A program made the translations under genes and the position numbers. Positions 1-9,564 of a stretch of DNA of 64,000 nucleotides are shown here, piece by piece; position 1 is the stretch's first letter; the number at the start of each line of letters is the position of its first letter. The stretch spans positions 1 to 64,000 of the forward strand of contig JBGPFC010000010.1 in NCBI GenBank assembly GCA_041483195.1. Direction: 5' to 3'. The DNA comes from Candidatus Eiseniibacteriota bacterium. Its GTDB lineage: Bacteria; Eisenbacteria; RBG-16-71-46. The notes under the pieces were generated by a model. That model did not search any database, was not told the DNA's origin, and worked only from the letters and a program-made list of their open reading frames with translations.

Positions 1-1361
1 ACCGACACCGTGTTGGAGAAAAAGTTCGCCACCGCCAGGTCGGGATTCCCGTCGCCGCTCACGTCCCCGATCGCGACCGAGACGGGCTGGACCCCGGTCG
101 GCAAGGCGGTCTTCGCCCCGAACCCGCCCGTGCCATTGCCAAGCAGCACCGACGCCGAGTTGGAATTGTAGTTCGCGACCGCGAGGTCCAGCTTGCCGTC
201 GCCGCTCACGTCCCCGATCGCGACGGAGTAGGGAGTCAATCCGGTCTCGAATTCGGTGTTCGTCCCGAACCCGCCCGTGCCCGTGCCGAGCAGGACGGAC
301 ACCGTGCTGGAACCGGCATTCGCCACCACCAGGTCGGGCTTTCCGTCCCCAGTCACATCTCCGATCGCGATCTGGTAGGGATTGCCGCCCGCCCCGTAGT
401 CGGTCCTGGCTCCGAATCCGCCGCTGCCGTTGCCGAGCCGCACGGACACCGTGTTGTCATCGTTATTCGCCACCGCCAGGTCGAGCTTCCCGTCGCCGCT
501 CACGTCTCCGATCGCGACCGAGGCGGGCGATCCCCCGGTCGCGAAGTCGGTCTTCGTACCGAACCCGCCGGCGCCGGTGCCGATGAGCACCGACACGGTG
601 TTGGATCCGAAGTTCGCCACCGCCAGGTCGGGATTCCCGTCGCCGCTCACGTCCCCGATCGCGACCGAAAAGGGACTCGCCCCGGTGGCGAAGTCGGTAT
701 TCGCCCCGAAGCCGCCAGCGCCGTCGCCAATCAGTACCGACACCGTGTTGGAACCGTAGTTCGCCGCCGCCAGATCGAGCTTCCCATCGCCGTTCACGTC
801 TCCGATCGCGATGGATGAGGCAAAGCTGCCGGCCGTGAAGTCTGTATACGGGCCGAACCCGCCCGTACCGTCGCCGAGCAGGACCGACACGGCGTTACTC
901 GCGTTCGCCACCACCAGGTCGGGCTTCCCGTCGCCGTTGAAGTCCCCGATCGCGACCGATGAAGGCAAGTAACCGGTCGCGAAGTCGGTCTTCGCCCCGA
1001 ACCCGCCGCCGCCGTTGCCGAGCAGCACCGAGACCGTGCTGGAGCTATGGTTCGCCAGCATCAGGTCGAGCCTCCCGTCGCCACTCACGTCCCCGATCGC
1101 GACCGAGTTGGGATTGGTGCCGGTCGCGAAGTCGAGCCTCACGCCGAGGTTGAAACCCTGCGCGGCCGACGGCGCGGGCTGGGATGCGAGACAAAGCTCG
1201 ACGCAGATCAGCAGCGTTACGCCAAGTCCATGGCAGCGCGGATGTCGCGGCGTGCTCGGAGTATCAATGTCGGTGCCGGCTCGGCATGCGGTCGGCTTCG
1301 GCGGGCCGGAAACGAAATGCAGTGCTGTCTCGGGCCGGGCATTCGAATCGTGCACGCACAT
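1..1361 (-). CDS. FG-GAP/VCBS repeat secreted protein (3' end runs off the window)
   Basis: Manual translation from ATG at 1361 (AAGGAAG upstream) gives a hydrophobic leader ending SAA-Q, then repeated 'VAIGDVSGDGxxDLxVAN...VSVLLG' units. The frame stays open to position 1, so it is absent from the ORF track. The exact start is uncertain. Confidence 0.88.
   Translation of the reverse strand, partial: MCVHDSNARPETALHFVSGPPKPTACRAGTDIDTPSTPRHPRCHGLGVTLLICVELCLASQPAPSAAQGFNLGVRLDFATGTNPNSVAIGDVSGDGRLDLMLANHSSSTVSVLLGNGGGGFGAKTDFATGYLPSSVAIGDFNGDGKPDLVVANASNAVSVLLGDGTGGFGPYTDFTAGSFASSIAIGDVNGDGKLDLAAANYGSNTVSVLIGDGAGGFGANTDFATGASPFSVAIGDVSGDGNPDLAVANFGSNTVSVLIGTGAGGFGTKTDFATGGSPASVAIGDVSGDGKLDLAVANNDDNTVSVRLGNGSGGFGARTDYGAGGNPYQIAIGDVTGDGKPDLVVANAGSSTVSVLLGTGTGGFGTNTEFETGLTPYSVAIGDVSGDGKLDLAVANYNSNSASVLLGNGTGGFGAKTALPTGVQPVSVAIGDVSGDGNPDLAVANFFSNTVS
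64..1102 (-). repeat. Intragenic tandem repeat, 8 copies of a 147-nt (49-aa) FG-GAP unit
   Basis: Anchor tc(c/t)ccgatcgcga at 64, 211, 358, 505, 652, 799, 943 and 1090 (spacing 147 nt, once 144 nt). Confidence 0.9.
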
Positions 1362-1728
1362 GACGTCTTCCTTTCCCGATGAACGACTTACAGGCTGATG
1401 CAACGTCAGGGGAGCCTGGGACGAATCGGCGCCGACTCGCCGAAGGTGGGCCGATGGCGTGGTTTCTCGGATTCGGTTTCAGCCGCGCGCTCTCGCACCA
1501 GAACAGCCACGTCATCTCACGCTGTCATCCGTGAAGGGCAGAAGCTCCGTCCGCGCGGACCGTCTAATGGTAGACCTCCGCCCGCCGCCGCGATAGAGGC
1601 TCCTTCCCCTGCTCTGATCCCCATTTCGTGAGCCCCCCGTGACCGCTTCTGCCCCCTGTTCACGCCGGCATTCGAGCGGGCTCCAGTAGCCCGGCGCCGA
1701 GTGCGGCGCGCCCTTCCAACATTCCCCT

Positions 1729-4700
1729 TCAGCGCAGGACGCTGAAGGCGCGCCGAGTGGTTCGACCGTCGGCCTCGAGCCGACAGAAATAGCGGCCGGG
1801 CGTCACGACTCGTCCTGCTTCGTCTCTCCGATCCCAGACGCGATGGACCCGGCCCGCCGGGAGCGCGGCGTCGTGGATTCTCCGCACCCGGCGGCCGGTA
1901 ATGTCGAAGATCTCGAGCGTCGCCTCCCCCGCCGCCTGAAGCTGGAACTGGATCTCGATGTCGGCGAGCGCGGGATTCGGAAACACCAGCAGCTCGTGAA
2001 TGCCGAACGCTTCCGGTTCGTCCACCGCGGCGACGGAGAGCGGCACCGGTCCCGCGGCGATCTCGTAGCTGCCGAAACTGCTGTCGTCCTCGACGTAGGC
2101 GATCAGTCCCTCGGGGATGGACGGGTAGCTCGGATCGCAGTCGAACCCGAAGCCCGACAACGTGCCGGTGGGCGAAATCGGATTGCTGGTCGTGGTCCAC
2201 AGGATTCCCGCGGGGCCGATCATCGAATTACAGTCCACGACTCCGGGGTGATTCGCGGGGAGCGGCGACCAGCTCCAGCCCGGCGGCGACACCACAGTCT
2301 GGTAAGGCACGTCGAGGATGATGGCGAAGAACCGCACCGGGCCGATCCCGGTGTTGGTGTACGCGTAGCTGTAGCTGTTCGGCCCGCCCAGCAGCGACGC
2401 CGCGGATCGCGCGGGCACCTGCGCGAGCGCCGGCCGATGCGGTGCCTCCGGCCGGACGACGGCGATGTCCTGAACGCACAGATGGTCGGAGCCTTCCGCG
2501 ACGCCCTTCTCCAGCTTGTCGTTGTCGATCCGAATGCGGCCGTCCGCCCCAACCGTGACTTCGAGCTTGTCGTAGACGCCCTCGCGGTTGTCTTCATTCA
2601 CGTCCTCGGTCTGCTTGCCCCATGGATTCGCGACTCGCAGCCACTTCTTCCCGTCGGCGGTCTCCTCGAAGTTCGCCACCGTTACACGGTGGGCGGCGTC
2701 GCGAATGCGCTGCCCGTTGGCGTCGTACCACCACAGACCGAGCATGACGTCGTGGCACTGGGAGAATTGCTCTTTCAAGTTGGCCCACGTCGCGATCTTG
2801 GGCGGGTATATCGCGATCTCCAGCGGGGGATGGTCGGAAGGCGGCATGGACTCCTTGAAGACCTTCTTCTCCTTCATGTATTCACATCCCCCGGCGTCAC
2901 CCTTGTCAGCGTCGTGGATCTTCTTCTTGAGTTGGTTCTGCATGGCGTTGACCCTGTCCGAATACGACTCACCGGACGGCATCAGTTGCGGGTAGCCGTT
3001 CGCGGCCCAATACGCCAGGCAGTCGGCGAACGCCGTGGCCTGGCAAGTGTACGCTTCGCCCTGGGTGAGGTCGGGGACGTGCTTCCAGAGCTTGGCGGCC
3101 GGCGCTTTCTCCTGCGCCGCGACTTGAATCTCATCGAGCGCCGGCCCGCGGCTCGCCACGGTCGTCCCCGTCAGATTGCGCACGCCCAGCCGGACCATCG
3201 CGCTGTCGGCGCCGGTCGGAATGTCGAGCCGCTCGTTCCATCCTGCGTCGCCGAGCGGAATCGCGAACCGAGAGTCCGCCCACGCGCCCCAGCCTGCCGG
3301 GCCGTGACAGCGGACTCCGATGGTCAGGGGCAGTTGCGCCGCCGAGTGCGCCTGATTGGAGTTCGACGAGAATCGGAGGATCCAGCCGAGCACGTCGGGA
3401 CCGGCATCGAGAACGCTGAAGGCGGGGCTCTGCATGTCGCCGCGCTGATCGGCAAGGAAATCGTGAGTGCCCGGGTCGTCGAACACCAGCGCGCCCCCGC
3501 CGACATCGAACGAGGGCGCGGTCAGCCACGAAGGATTCCCGAGGGCCTCGACGCGCGGCGAAACCGTGGACATGGCCGACGGCGTCCAGCCGTAGCCGAC
3601 GAGGTCGTCGCCGAACCGGTGGAGCACGGTGTACGCGCAGCTGTCGGGCAAGTTCTGCTGGGCCACGCTCAGCGAATCGAAGTCCCACGACCCGGTCTCC
3701 CTGACCGGCTGCCCCATCGCCCCGCCTCCGTAGAGCGCGGTTACGCCGAGCGGCGGCAGCGAATCGAGAAAGCCCAGCGAGACGTTGTCGAAGTAGACGC
3801 CGTCGTTGGAGGCCGCGATGGGACCGCTCGCCGGCCGGCGGGTGTGCACCGCGAGCAGCACGCGGATCGAGTCGGGGACGCCGCTGAGGTTCGAGGTCTG
3901 AATCAACCCGGCGGCGCGGAGCCCGGTGCGAATCGTCAGGCACTCGGGCACCGGATCGGAGACCTCCTGGGCGAGTGTCCGGATGTCGCTCCAGCACGGC
4001 GCCTGATTCCCGTCGTGTCGCACCGGGTAACACTGCACGCCGACGGTCGTCGTGATTCCGGTGTATGGCGCGTCCAGCGCGCCCGTGTACAGCTCGTAGC
4101 GCAGGTAGTAGTCGTCGGTGACGTTCACGATCTCGGCATCGAGACCCTGCCCATTGAAGCTCCCGACCCCGCTCGACACGAGATTGATGGTCGGCGAGAC
4201 GATGGCCTGCCTCGATTCCACCCTCGGGACCCCGATTCCGAAGGGATCGGGAACGGACTCCGACTGATCGTGGTTCCCGGCCGACAGCGCGTTGCCCGAG
4301 AATCCGCAGACCGAAGGATCCGTCGGCGAGAAGATCAGCTCGTTCATGGAATGCGTATGCAGAAACGCCTGCGGCGGTTTGCCAGTGGATTTCCAGGCCT
4401 CGAGGGGGCTGACGAAGATCGAGTTGTCGATCGCGCCGGGGGTTTCGAAGTCGCCGAACCCCGGCGCGGTGCTGACGCTTCCCCCGCTGACGGAAACGTC
4501 GTCGATCTGCACCGCGCCGCGCCCGTACGAGACGAACCCGCCGGTCTGATCGTCGAAGCCCCGATTGGTCTTGCCCCGGAACAACAGCCGCAGCTTGGGG
4601 CCCGCGGCCGCGTACATCGGCGCGAGCACGCTGTTCGGAACGATCAGCGACACCGTTCCCGAGTCTTGGCCGACGGTGGCGAAGATCTCCTTGTAGTAGC

Positions 4701-5685
4701 CCTCGACCGATCGCAGCGTCTCGCCGAACCAGCGGCGCGTGGGATCGAAGACGGCGTGGGTCAACCCATCGGAGCCGAGCCATCCCGCCACATCATTGAC
4801 CGGCGCTCCCACGTAGACCATGAACGAGTCGCGCGGCGCGCTCGCGTTACCCGCGGCGCTGCTGCTGATGAAATTCCCCGCCGCGGTGGAGAGCGGATCG
4901 TGATTGAACCAGCCCACGCGCGTGGCGGCGGCGGTATCGAACGCGGTGGACATCTGGGTGCGGAACTTGAACGAGACGGTGATGCTCGCGCCGGTGGATC
5001 CGATCATGTCCAGATCGCGGTACAGCATCTGATCCATCTGCGAGCCGTAGCCGGGGAAGTTTCGGAGCGTGCCCGAGACGGCGCCCGTGTTCGCGTTGTT
5101 GAAGTCGAGCACGTCCTCGTTGAACGCACGCCCCGCGATGGGATCGATGAACGCCAGATCGCCATGCGCGCGCAGGCCCATCCATGCCGAGTAGCTTCCC
5201 GCCAGCGGCAGCCACGCCGGGGTCGCCGCGGCAACCTGGGGATGGGGGCTGAGCGCACCGTTGTCCACGTGCCACACGCCGACGACGCCGAACGAGCGTT
5301 TGAGCCCCTGCGGGATCGCGTAGTTGGCCTGATTCCCGTAGTCGAGAGCCCACCACGGTCGCTGGGAATCCGTCTGCGGCGTGGGCGTGCTCAGATCGTA
5401 GGGAAGCACGACCGGCCACCAACCGCCGAGGGAATCGGGACCCGGGTTCTGATCCCATGTCCAGACCCCGTTGTTGTCCGCGCCCGGAATGGCCGCACCG
5501 CGGCCCACGTGATAGGGCCCGTCTCCCCCCACGGTGCCGGGAAGCCCGGTCGGGCTATGAACCTGTCCCACCCACACCGGGGGTGAGAATGCGAGCGCGA
5601 TTGCGGCGGAGTTCGCCACGAGTATGACGGTCAACGCGGCGGCGAAGCGACGGGGCGGAAACTCGGGCACTGAGAGTCGCGGCAC
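1729..5685 (-). CDS. Large secreted multidomain protein with a papain/C39-like cysteine peptidase module and a C-terminal FlgD-Ig/T9SS-like domain
   Basis: 1318-aa ORF with a signal-like N-terminus; 'DLTQGEAYTC...AAHRVTV...VANPWG'; C-terminal 'FPNP...IFDITGRRVR...WDRRDEAGRVVTPGRYFCRL'. Confidence 0.8.
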   Translation of the reverse strand: MPRLSVPEFPPRRFAAALTVILVANSAAIALAFSPPVWVGQVHSPTGLPGTVGGDGPYHVGRGAAIPGADNNGVWTWDQNPGPDSLGGWWPVVLPYDLSTPTPQTDSQRPWWALDYGNQANYAIPQGLKRSFGVVGVWHVDNGALSPHPQVAAATPAWLPLAGSYSAWMGLRAHGDLAFIDPIAGRAFNEDVLDFNNANTGAVSGTLRNFPGYGSQMDQMLYRDLDMIGSTGASITVSFKFRTQMSTAFDTAAATRVGWFNHDPLSTAAGNFISSSAAGNASAPRDSFMVYVGAPVNDVAGWLGSDGLTHAVFDPTRRWFGETLRSVEGYYKEIFATVGQDSGTVSLIVPNSVLAPMYAAAGPKLRLLFRGKTNRGFDDQTGGFVSYGRGAVQIDDVSVSGGSVSTAPGFGDFETPGAIDNSIFVSPLEAWKSTGKPPQAFLHTHSMNELIFSPTDPSVCGFSGNALSAGNHDQSESVPDPFGIGVPRVESRQAIVSPTINLVSSGVGSFNGQGLDAEIVNVTDDYYLRYELYTGALDAPYTGITTTVGVQCYPVRHDGNQAPCWSDIRTLAQEVSDPVPECLTIRTGLRAAGLIQTSNLSGVPDSIRVLLAVHTRRPASGPIAASNDGVYFDNVSLGFLDSLPPLGVTALYGGGAMGQPVRETGSWDFDSLSVAQQNLPDSCAYTVLHRFGDDLVGYGWTPSAMSTVSPRVEALGNPSWLTAPSFDVGGGALVFDDPGTHDFLADQRGDMQSPAFSVLDAGPDVLGWILRFSSNSNQAHSAAQLPLTIGVRCHGPAGWGAWADSRFAIPLGDAGWNERLDIPTGADSAMVRLGVRNLTGTTVASRGPALDEIQVAAQEKAPAAKLWKHVPDLTQGEAYTCQATAFADCLAYWAANGYPQLMPSGESYSDRVNAMQNQLKKKIHDADKGDAGGCEYMKEKKVFKESMPPSDHPPLEIAIYPPKIATWANLKEQFSQCHDVMLGLWWYDANGQRIRDAAHRVTVANFEETADGKKWLRVANPWGKQTEDVNEDNREGVYDKLEVTVGADGRIRIDNDKLEKGVAEGSDHLCVQDIAVVRPEAPHRPALAQVPARSAASLLGGPNSYSYAYTNTGIGPVRFFAIILDVPYQTVVSPPGWSWSPLPANHPGVVDCNSMIGPAGILWTTTSNPISPTGTLSGFGFDCDPSYPSIPEGLIAYVEDDSSFGSYEIAAGPVPLSVAAVDEPEAFGIHELLVFPNPALADIEIQFQLQAAGEATLEIFDITGRRVRRIHDAALPAGRVHRVWDRRDEAGRVVTPGRYFCRLEADGRTTRRAFSVLR

Positions 5686-5834
5686 TTCCGGTACCTCGTG
5701 CGAAGCGCTACTGGGGCGCTTCTGCGGGCGGGCCCGACATCACGCTTGCGATGCTCGTCATTCGGGGACGCACGTCCCGCCGAACGCACCCAGAGGCTAC
5801 GCCCGGCCGGGGCAGGTGCCAACAGATATGAATC

Positions 5835-6212
5835 TCATTTCGGACCCTGCGCGAGCGAGAGCAGATTGCCGTCGGGATCCTTGAACCATGCGACCCTCGT
5901 TCCGCTGGGAGCCGTCCACACGCCCGCCTCGTCCTGATCGAGGAATTCATAGCGCTCGAACGTGACTCCGCCCTTCGAGAGCGCCGCCATGGCCCGCCGA
6001 ATGCTGGGCACCTCCCAACCGAGCACCGTGAAGGACGGTGGCTTGATCCTGTCCACCTTCTGAATGCGCAGCTGCACGCCATTGGAGTCGAACGCGAGGG
6101 CGAACTGATCGTCGCCGACCAGACGAAGGCCGAGCGTCTTCTGGTAGAAGGTCCTCGCGCGGCCGGGCCGAGCGGTCGCCACAAACGCGGTGAGCTTCGC
6201 CTTCCGCAGCAT
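5835..6212 (-). CDS. VOC/glyoxalase/bleomycin-resistance family protein
   Basis: 'ARTFYQKTLGL...VAWFKDPDGNLLSL'; GGAGG upstream. Confidence 0.9.
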   Translation of the reverse strand: MLRKAKLTAFVATARPGRARTFYQKTLGLRLVGDDQFALAFDSNGVQLRIQKVDRIKPPSFTVLGWEVPSIRRAMAALSKGGVTFERYEFLDQDEAGVWTAPSGTRVAWFKDPDGNLLSLAQGPK

Positions 6213-6370
6213 GGGTCACCTCCGGGTCCGGGGCTCGAGATCCGCTCTGGAGGGGCTCCTCCTGTGCATGATGGTCTCAACTGACGGCTACATGCCTGGG
6301 CGCTCCAGACTAGTGTATCTTTACGGAGTCTAGCCGAAGCAACGGCTCGCTTAAAGGCTCGGAGGGATAC

Positions 6371-6769
6371 ATGAACACGCTCAGCGCAGAGGAAGCCGCG
6401 AAGCTCCTCCACCTCAACGTGAGGCGGGTGCAGAGCCTCGCCCGCGCCGGGAAGTTGCCGGCGGCGCGAGTGGGCAGGAAGTGGCTCTTCCGTCGCGGCG
6501 AGCTCGAGGCGCTGCTCGGTGGCCCGGCTCCCGCCGCCGCGAATCGTTCACTCGAGATCAGCGCCCGCAATCGTCTCAGCGGGCAAGTCTCGCGACTGCT
6601 GCTCGACGGCCTCATGGCCGAGGTCCACGTCCGCATCGGGGATCAGGACCTCGTCTCGGTGATCACCCGATCGTCAGCGGAACGGCTGGGGCTCAAGATC
6701 GGGGACGAGGTACTCGCGGTCATCAAGTCCACCGAGATCATGATCGGCAAGCGGGGCCGCGGCGAATGA
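6371..6769 (+). CDS. Excisionase-type HTH plus TOBE/Mop domain protein, putative molybdate-responsive regulator
   Basis: N-terminal 'LSAEEAAKLL...GKLPAARVGRKW'; C-terminal Mop motif 'SARNRLSG...VITRSSAERLGL...AVIKSTE'; first gene of the mod operon; GGAGG RBS. Confidence 0.88.
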   Translation: MNTLSAEEAAKLLHLNVRRVQSLARAGKLPAARVGRKWLFRRGELEALLGGPAPAAANRSLEISARNRLSGQVSRLLLDGLMAEVHVRIGDQDLVSVITRSSAERLGLKIGDEVLAVIKSTEIMIGKRGRGE

Positions 6770-7596
6770 AGCGCGGCCGCGCCATCGCGCGCATCGCCGG
6801 ATTGTCACTCGCCCTCGCGCTGGTCGGCGCGTCCCCATCCGGCGCGGGGCCCGCCGCCTCCCAGGGCAGGAGCAAGCTGCAGGTCTTCGCGGCCGCGTCG
6901 CTTTCCGATGCATTCACCGAGATCGGCCGCAAGCTCGAACGGCGGCGGCCGGGCCTGACGATTCACTTGATCCTCGCGGGTTCACAACAACTGGCGACGC
7001 AGATCGAGCAGGGCGCGCGGGCGGACGTGTTCGCCTCCGCCGATGAGCGCTGGATGGAGTACGCGAAGGACCGCGGCCTTCTCGCGGGCGAGTACAGTAT
7101 CTTCGCGAGGAATCGGCTGGTGGTGATCGTTCCGAAGACTAACCCCGCGCGCATCCACCGGCTTCAAGACCTCGCGCGCGGTGGGACCAAGCTGGTGCTC
7201 GGGGCCGACGCGGTGCCGGTCGGCCGCTACAGTCGGACGGTCCTGCGAAATCTCGCGCGAGACCCGGCGTTCGGTGGCGGCTTCGCCGCTCGCACGCTCC
7301 ACAACGTCGTCTCCGAAGAGGAGAACGTGAGGTCGGTCGTCGGCAAGGTGCAACTGGGTGAGGCCGACGCCGGCATCGTGTATCGATCCGACGTCGCCGA
7401 GGCCGTGGCGCGCTTCATCCGCGTGATCGAGATCCCGGAGAACGCGAACGTCCTCGCCTCCTATCCGATCGCGCTGGTCAGGGACACGAAGGAGCCCGAA
7501 GCAGCCAGGGCGTTCATCGACCTCGTGCTGTCCATCGAAGGGCAGCGGATCCTCGAACGACGCGGCCTGATCCCGGTGACGCCCGCGACCCCCTGA
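6766..7596 (+). CDS. modA: Molybdate ABC transporter substrate-binding protein
   Basis: ATGA overlap with the upstream gene; signal peptide; 'VFAAASL...AGSQQL...ADVFASAD...VPVGRY...GEADAGIVYRSD'. Confidence 0.93.
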   Translation: MKRGRAIARIAGLSLALALVGASPSGAGPAASQGRSKLQVFAAASLSDAFTEIGRKLERRRPGLTIHLILAGSQQLATQIEQGARADVFASADERWMEYAKDRGLLAGEYSIFARNRLVVIVPKTNPARIHRLQDLARGGTKLVLGADAVPVGRYSRTVLRNLARDPAFGGGFAARTLHNVVSEEENVRSVVGKVQLGEADAGIVYRSDVAEAVARFIRVIEIPENANVLASYPIALVRDTKEPEAARAFIDLVLSIEGQRILERRGLIPVTPATP

Positions 7597-8456
7597 TGTC
7601 GACCGCGCCTGCATCCTCGTCGGCTGAGGCGCCCCGGCGACGGCGGGGCCTCCTGATGCGGGCGGCCGTGGTCGCGGCGGCCGCGCTGCTCACGGCGTTT
7701 CTCGCGCTGCCGTTCCTCGCGCTGCTCCTGCGCGTCTCCCCCGCGCAGCTCGCGGCGCGACTCGGAGATCCGGTCGTGCTCGACGCGCTGCGGTTGAGCC
7801 TGCTGACCAGCGCCGCCGCGACCGCGACCGTGATCCTGCTCGGGTTGCCGACCGCTTACCTGCTCGCGACCCGGGAGTTCTTCGGAAAGCGCGTGGTCGA
7901 GGTGCTGATCGACCTGCCGATGGTGCTGCCCCCCACGGTGGCGGGCTTCGCGCTGCTGATGGCGTTCGGCCGGGCCGGGCTCGCGGGCCGGTCGCTCGAC
8001 GCGCTCGGCATCACGCTGCCCTTCACCACCGCGGCGGTGGTGATCGCGCAGGTGTTCATGGCCGCGCCGTTCTTCATCGGGCCTGCTCGCGCCGGTTTCG
8101 CCGGCGTGGATCGAAAGTTCCTCGACGTGGCCGCCACGCTGCGCGCCTCCGAGAGCTTCACGTTCTTTCGCGTCGTGCTGCCGCTGGCGATGCCCTCCAT
8201 CGTCGCGGGCATCGCGATGAGCTGCGCGCGCGCGCTCGGCGAATTCGGCGCGACCATCACGTTCGCCGGCAACCTCCCCGGCGCCACCCAGACCATGCCG
8301 CTTGCGGTCTACGTCGCGCTGCAGTCCGATCTCGACGCCGCGGTGGTGCTCTCGGTCCTGCTGCTCATCATGGCGTTCGGCCTGCTCCTGGGGCTGCGGT
8401 TCGCCCCGGCGGGCTGGTTCTGGAATCGATCGCGTGCTCAACGTCCAGCTCGCTAA
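7596..8456 (+). CDS. modB: Molybdate ABC transporter permease
   Basis: 'DLPMVLPPTVAG', 'ARALGEFGATITFAGN.PG.TQTMPLAVY'. Confidence 0.93.
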   Translation: MSTAPASSSAEAPRRRRGLLMRAAVVAAAALLTAFLALPFLALLLRVSPAQLAARLGDPVVLDALRLSLLTSAAATATVILLGLPTAYLLATREFFGKRVVEVLIDLPMVLPPTVAGFALLMAFGRAGLAGRSLDALGITLPFTTAAVVIAQVFMAAPFFIGPARAGFAGVDRKFLDVAATLRASESFTFFRVVLPLAMPSIVAGIAMSCARALGEFGATITFAGNLPGATQTMPLAVYVALQSDLDAAVVLSVLLLIMAFGLLLGLRFAPAGWFWNRSRAQRPAR

Positions 8457-9507
8457 GCGGCTCGGCGAATTCTCGCTCGAGGCATCGATGGCGGTCTCTG
8501 ACCATTCCGTCATGGTGCTGGTAGGTGAGAGCGGGTCCGGAAAGACCACGCTGCTTCGGCTGCTCGCCGGCCTGATGAGTCCCGACCGCGGGCGGATCGA
8601 GGTCGATGGCGCGGTCTGGTTCGATGGCGGCGGGGCGCGAGCGCTCCCCGCATCGGAACGCGCCGTCGGCTACGTGGCCCAGGACTACTCGCTGTTCCCG
8701 CATCTTTCGGCGGCCGAGAACGTCGCATTCGGCCTGCGGGCCCAGGGCATTCAGAGACGGGAGATCGCCGCGCGCGTCGACGCCGCGCTGGAACGCCTGG
8801 GGATTCGCGCGCTCGCGAGGCGACGGCCGCACGAGCTATCGGGCGGCCAGCAGCAGCGGGTGGCGATCGCGCGCGCGATCGTGCTCGAGCCGCGCCTGCT
8901 GCTGCTGGACGAGCCGCTCTCCGCGCTGGATGCGCAGTCGCGGCGCGCGATTCGCGGCGAGCTGCGGCGGCTGCTCGGGGAAATGCCGTGCTCGACGATC
9001 TACGTGACGCACAGCCCGAGCGAGGCGCTGGCCTTCGGTGAACGGATCACCGTGCTCGAGGGCGGACGCATCAGTCAGAGCGGATCGCGTGAACAGCTGA
9101 TGCGGCATCCGCGATCGCGGTACGTCGCGGAATTCCTCGGCGTCAACTTCTTCAGGGGATCGATCGCGTCGCGTCACGAGGATGGTGAGGTCCGGATCGC
9201 GATGCCGGAAGGGGACCTCGTGATCGGGGACGCCGACGCCGAGGGCGGGGCGGCGGTCGTGGTGCATCCCCGCGAGATCACGCTCGCGCTCGAGAGGCCC
9301 GGTGGAACCGCCCGCAACGTGTTCGCCGGAATCATCGAGGAACTGGAGCCCGAGCCCCCATTGGGCGAACTCGTTCGCGTTTCGCTGGCGACGACTCCGC
9401 CGCTGATCGCGGAGGTGACGCGCGAGGCGGTCGAGGCACTCGGGCTGACGCCGGGAATGCGCGTCTACGCCTCGTTCAAGGCCGCGGGCGTCCTCGTGGT
9501 GCGATAG
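8434..9507 (+). CDS. modC: Molybdate ABC transporter ATPase with TOBE domain
   Basis: Walker A GESGSGKT, LSGGQQQR, LLLDEP and a C-terminal TOBE domain. GTG start at 8434 is inferred. Confidence 0.92.
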   Translation: MLNVQLAKRLGEFSLEASMAVSDHSVMVLVGESGSGKTTLLRLLAGLMSPDRGRIEVDGAVWFDGGGARALPASERAVGYVAQDYSLFPHLSAAENVAFGLRAQGIQRREIAARVDAALERLGIRALARRRPHELSGGQQQRVAIARAIVLEPRLLLLDEPLSALDAQSRRAIRGELRRLLGEMPCSTIYVTHSPSEALAFGERITVLEGGRISQSGSREQLMRHPRSRYVAEFLGVNFFRGSIASRHEDGEVRIAMPEGDLVIGDADAEGGAAVVVHPREITLALERPGGTARNVFAGIIEELEPEPPLGELVRVSLATTPPLIAEVTREAVEALGLTPGMRVYASFKAAGVLVVR

Positions 9508-9564
9508 CTCGGCGAGCGACGCGAACGCCGATGGGCGTCGGCGCGCGAGACGATCGGGCCCGCG

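Noticed and set aside
64..1102. Regularly spaced repeats as a CRISPR array
   Set aside because: The 147-nt period is in frame and encodes FG-GAP units; no cas genes are present.
1843..5586. 1247-aa plus-strand ORF, and similar long ORFs at 14209-17073, 27651-30050, 30319-32919, 39737-41902 and 54988-58038
   Set aside because: Antisense shadows of real genes in high-GC DNA; Arg/Gly-rich with no recognisable motifs.
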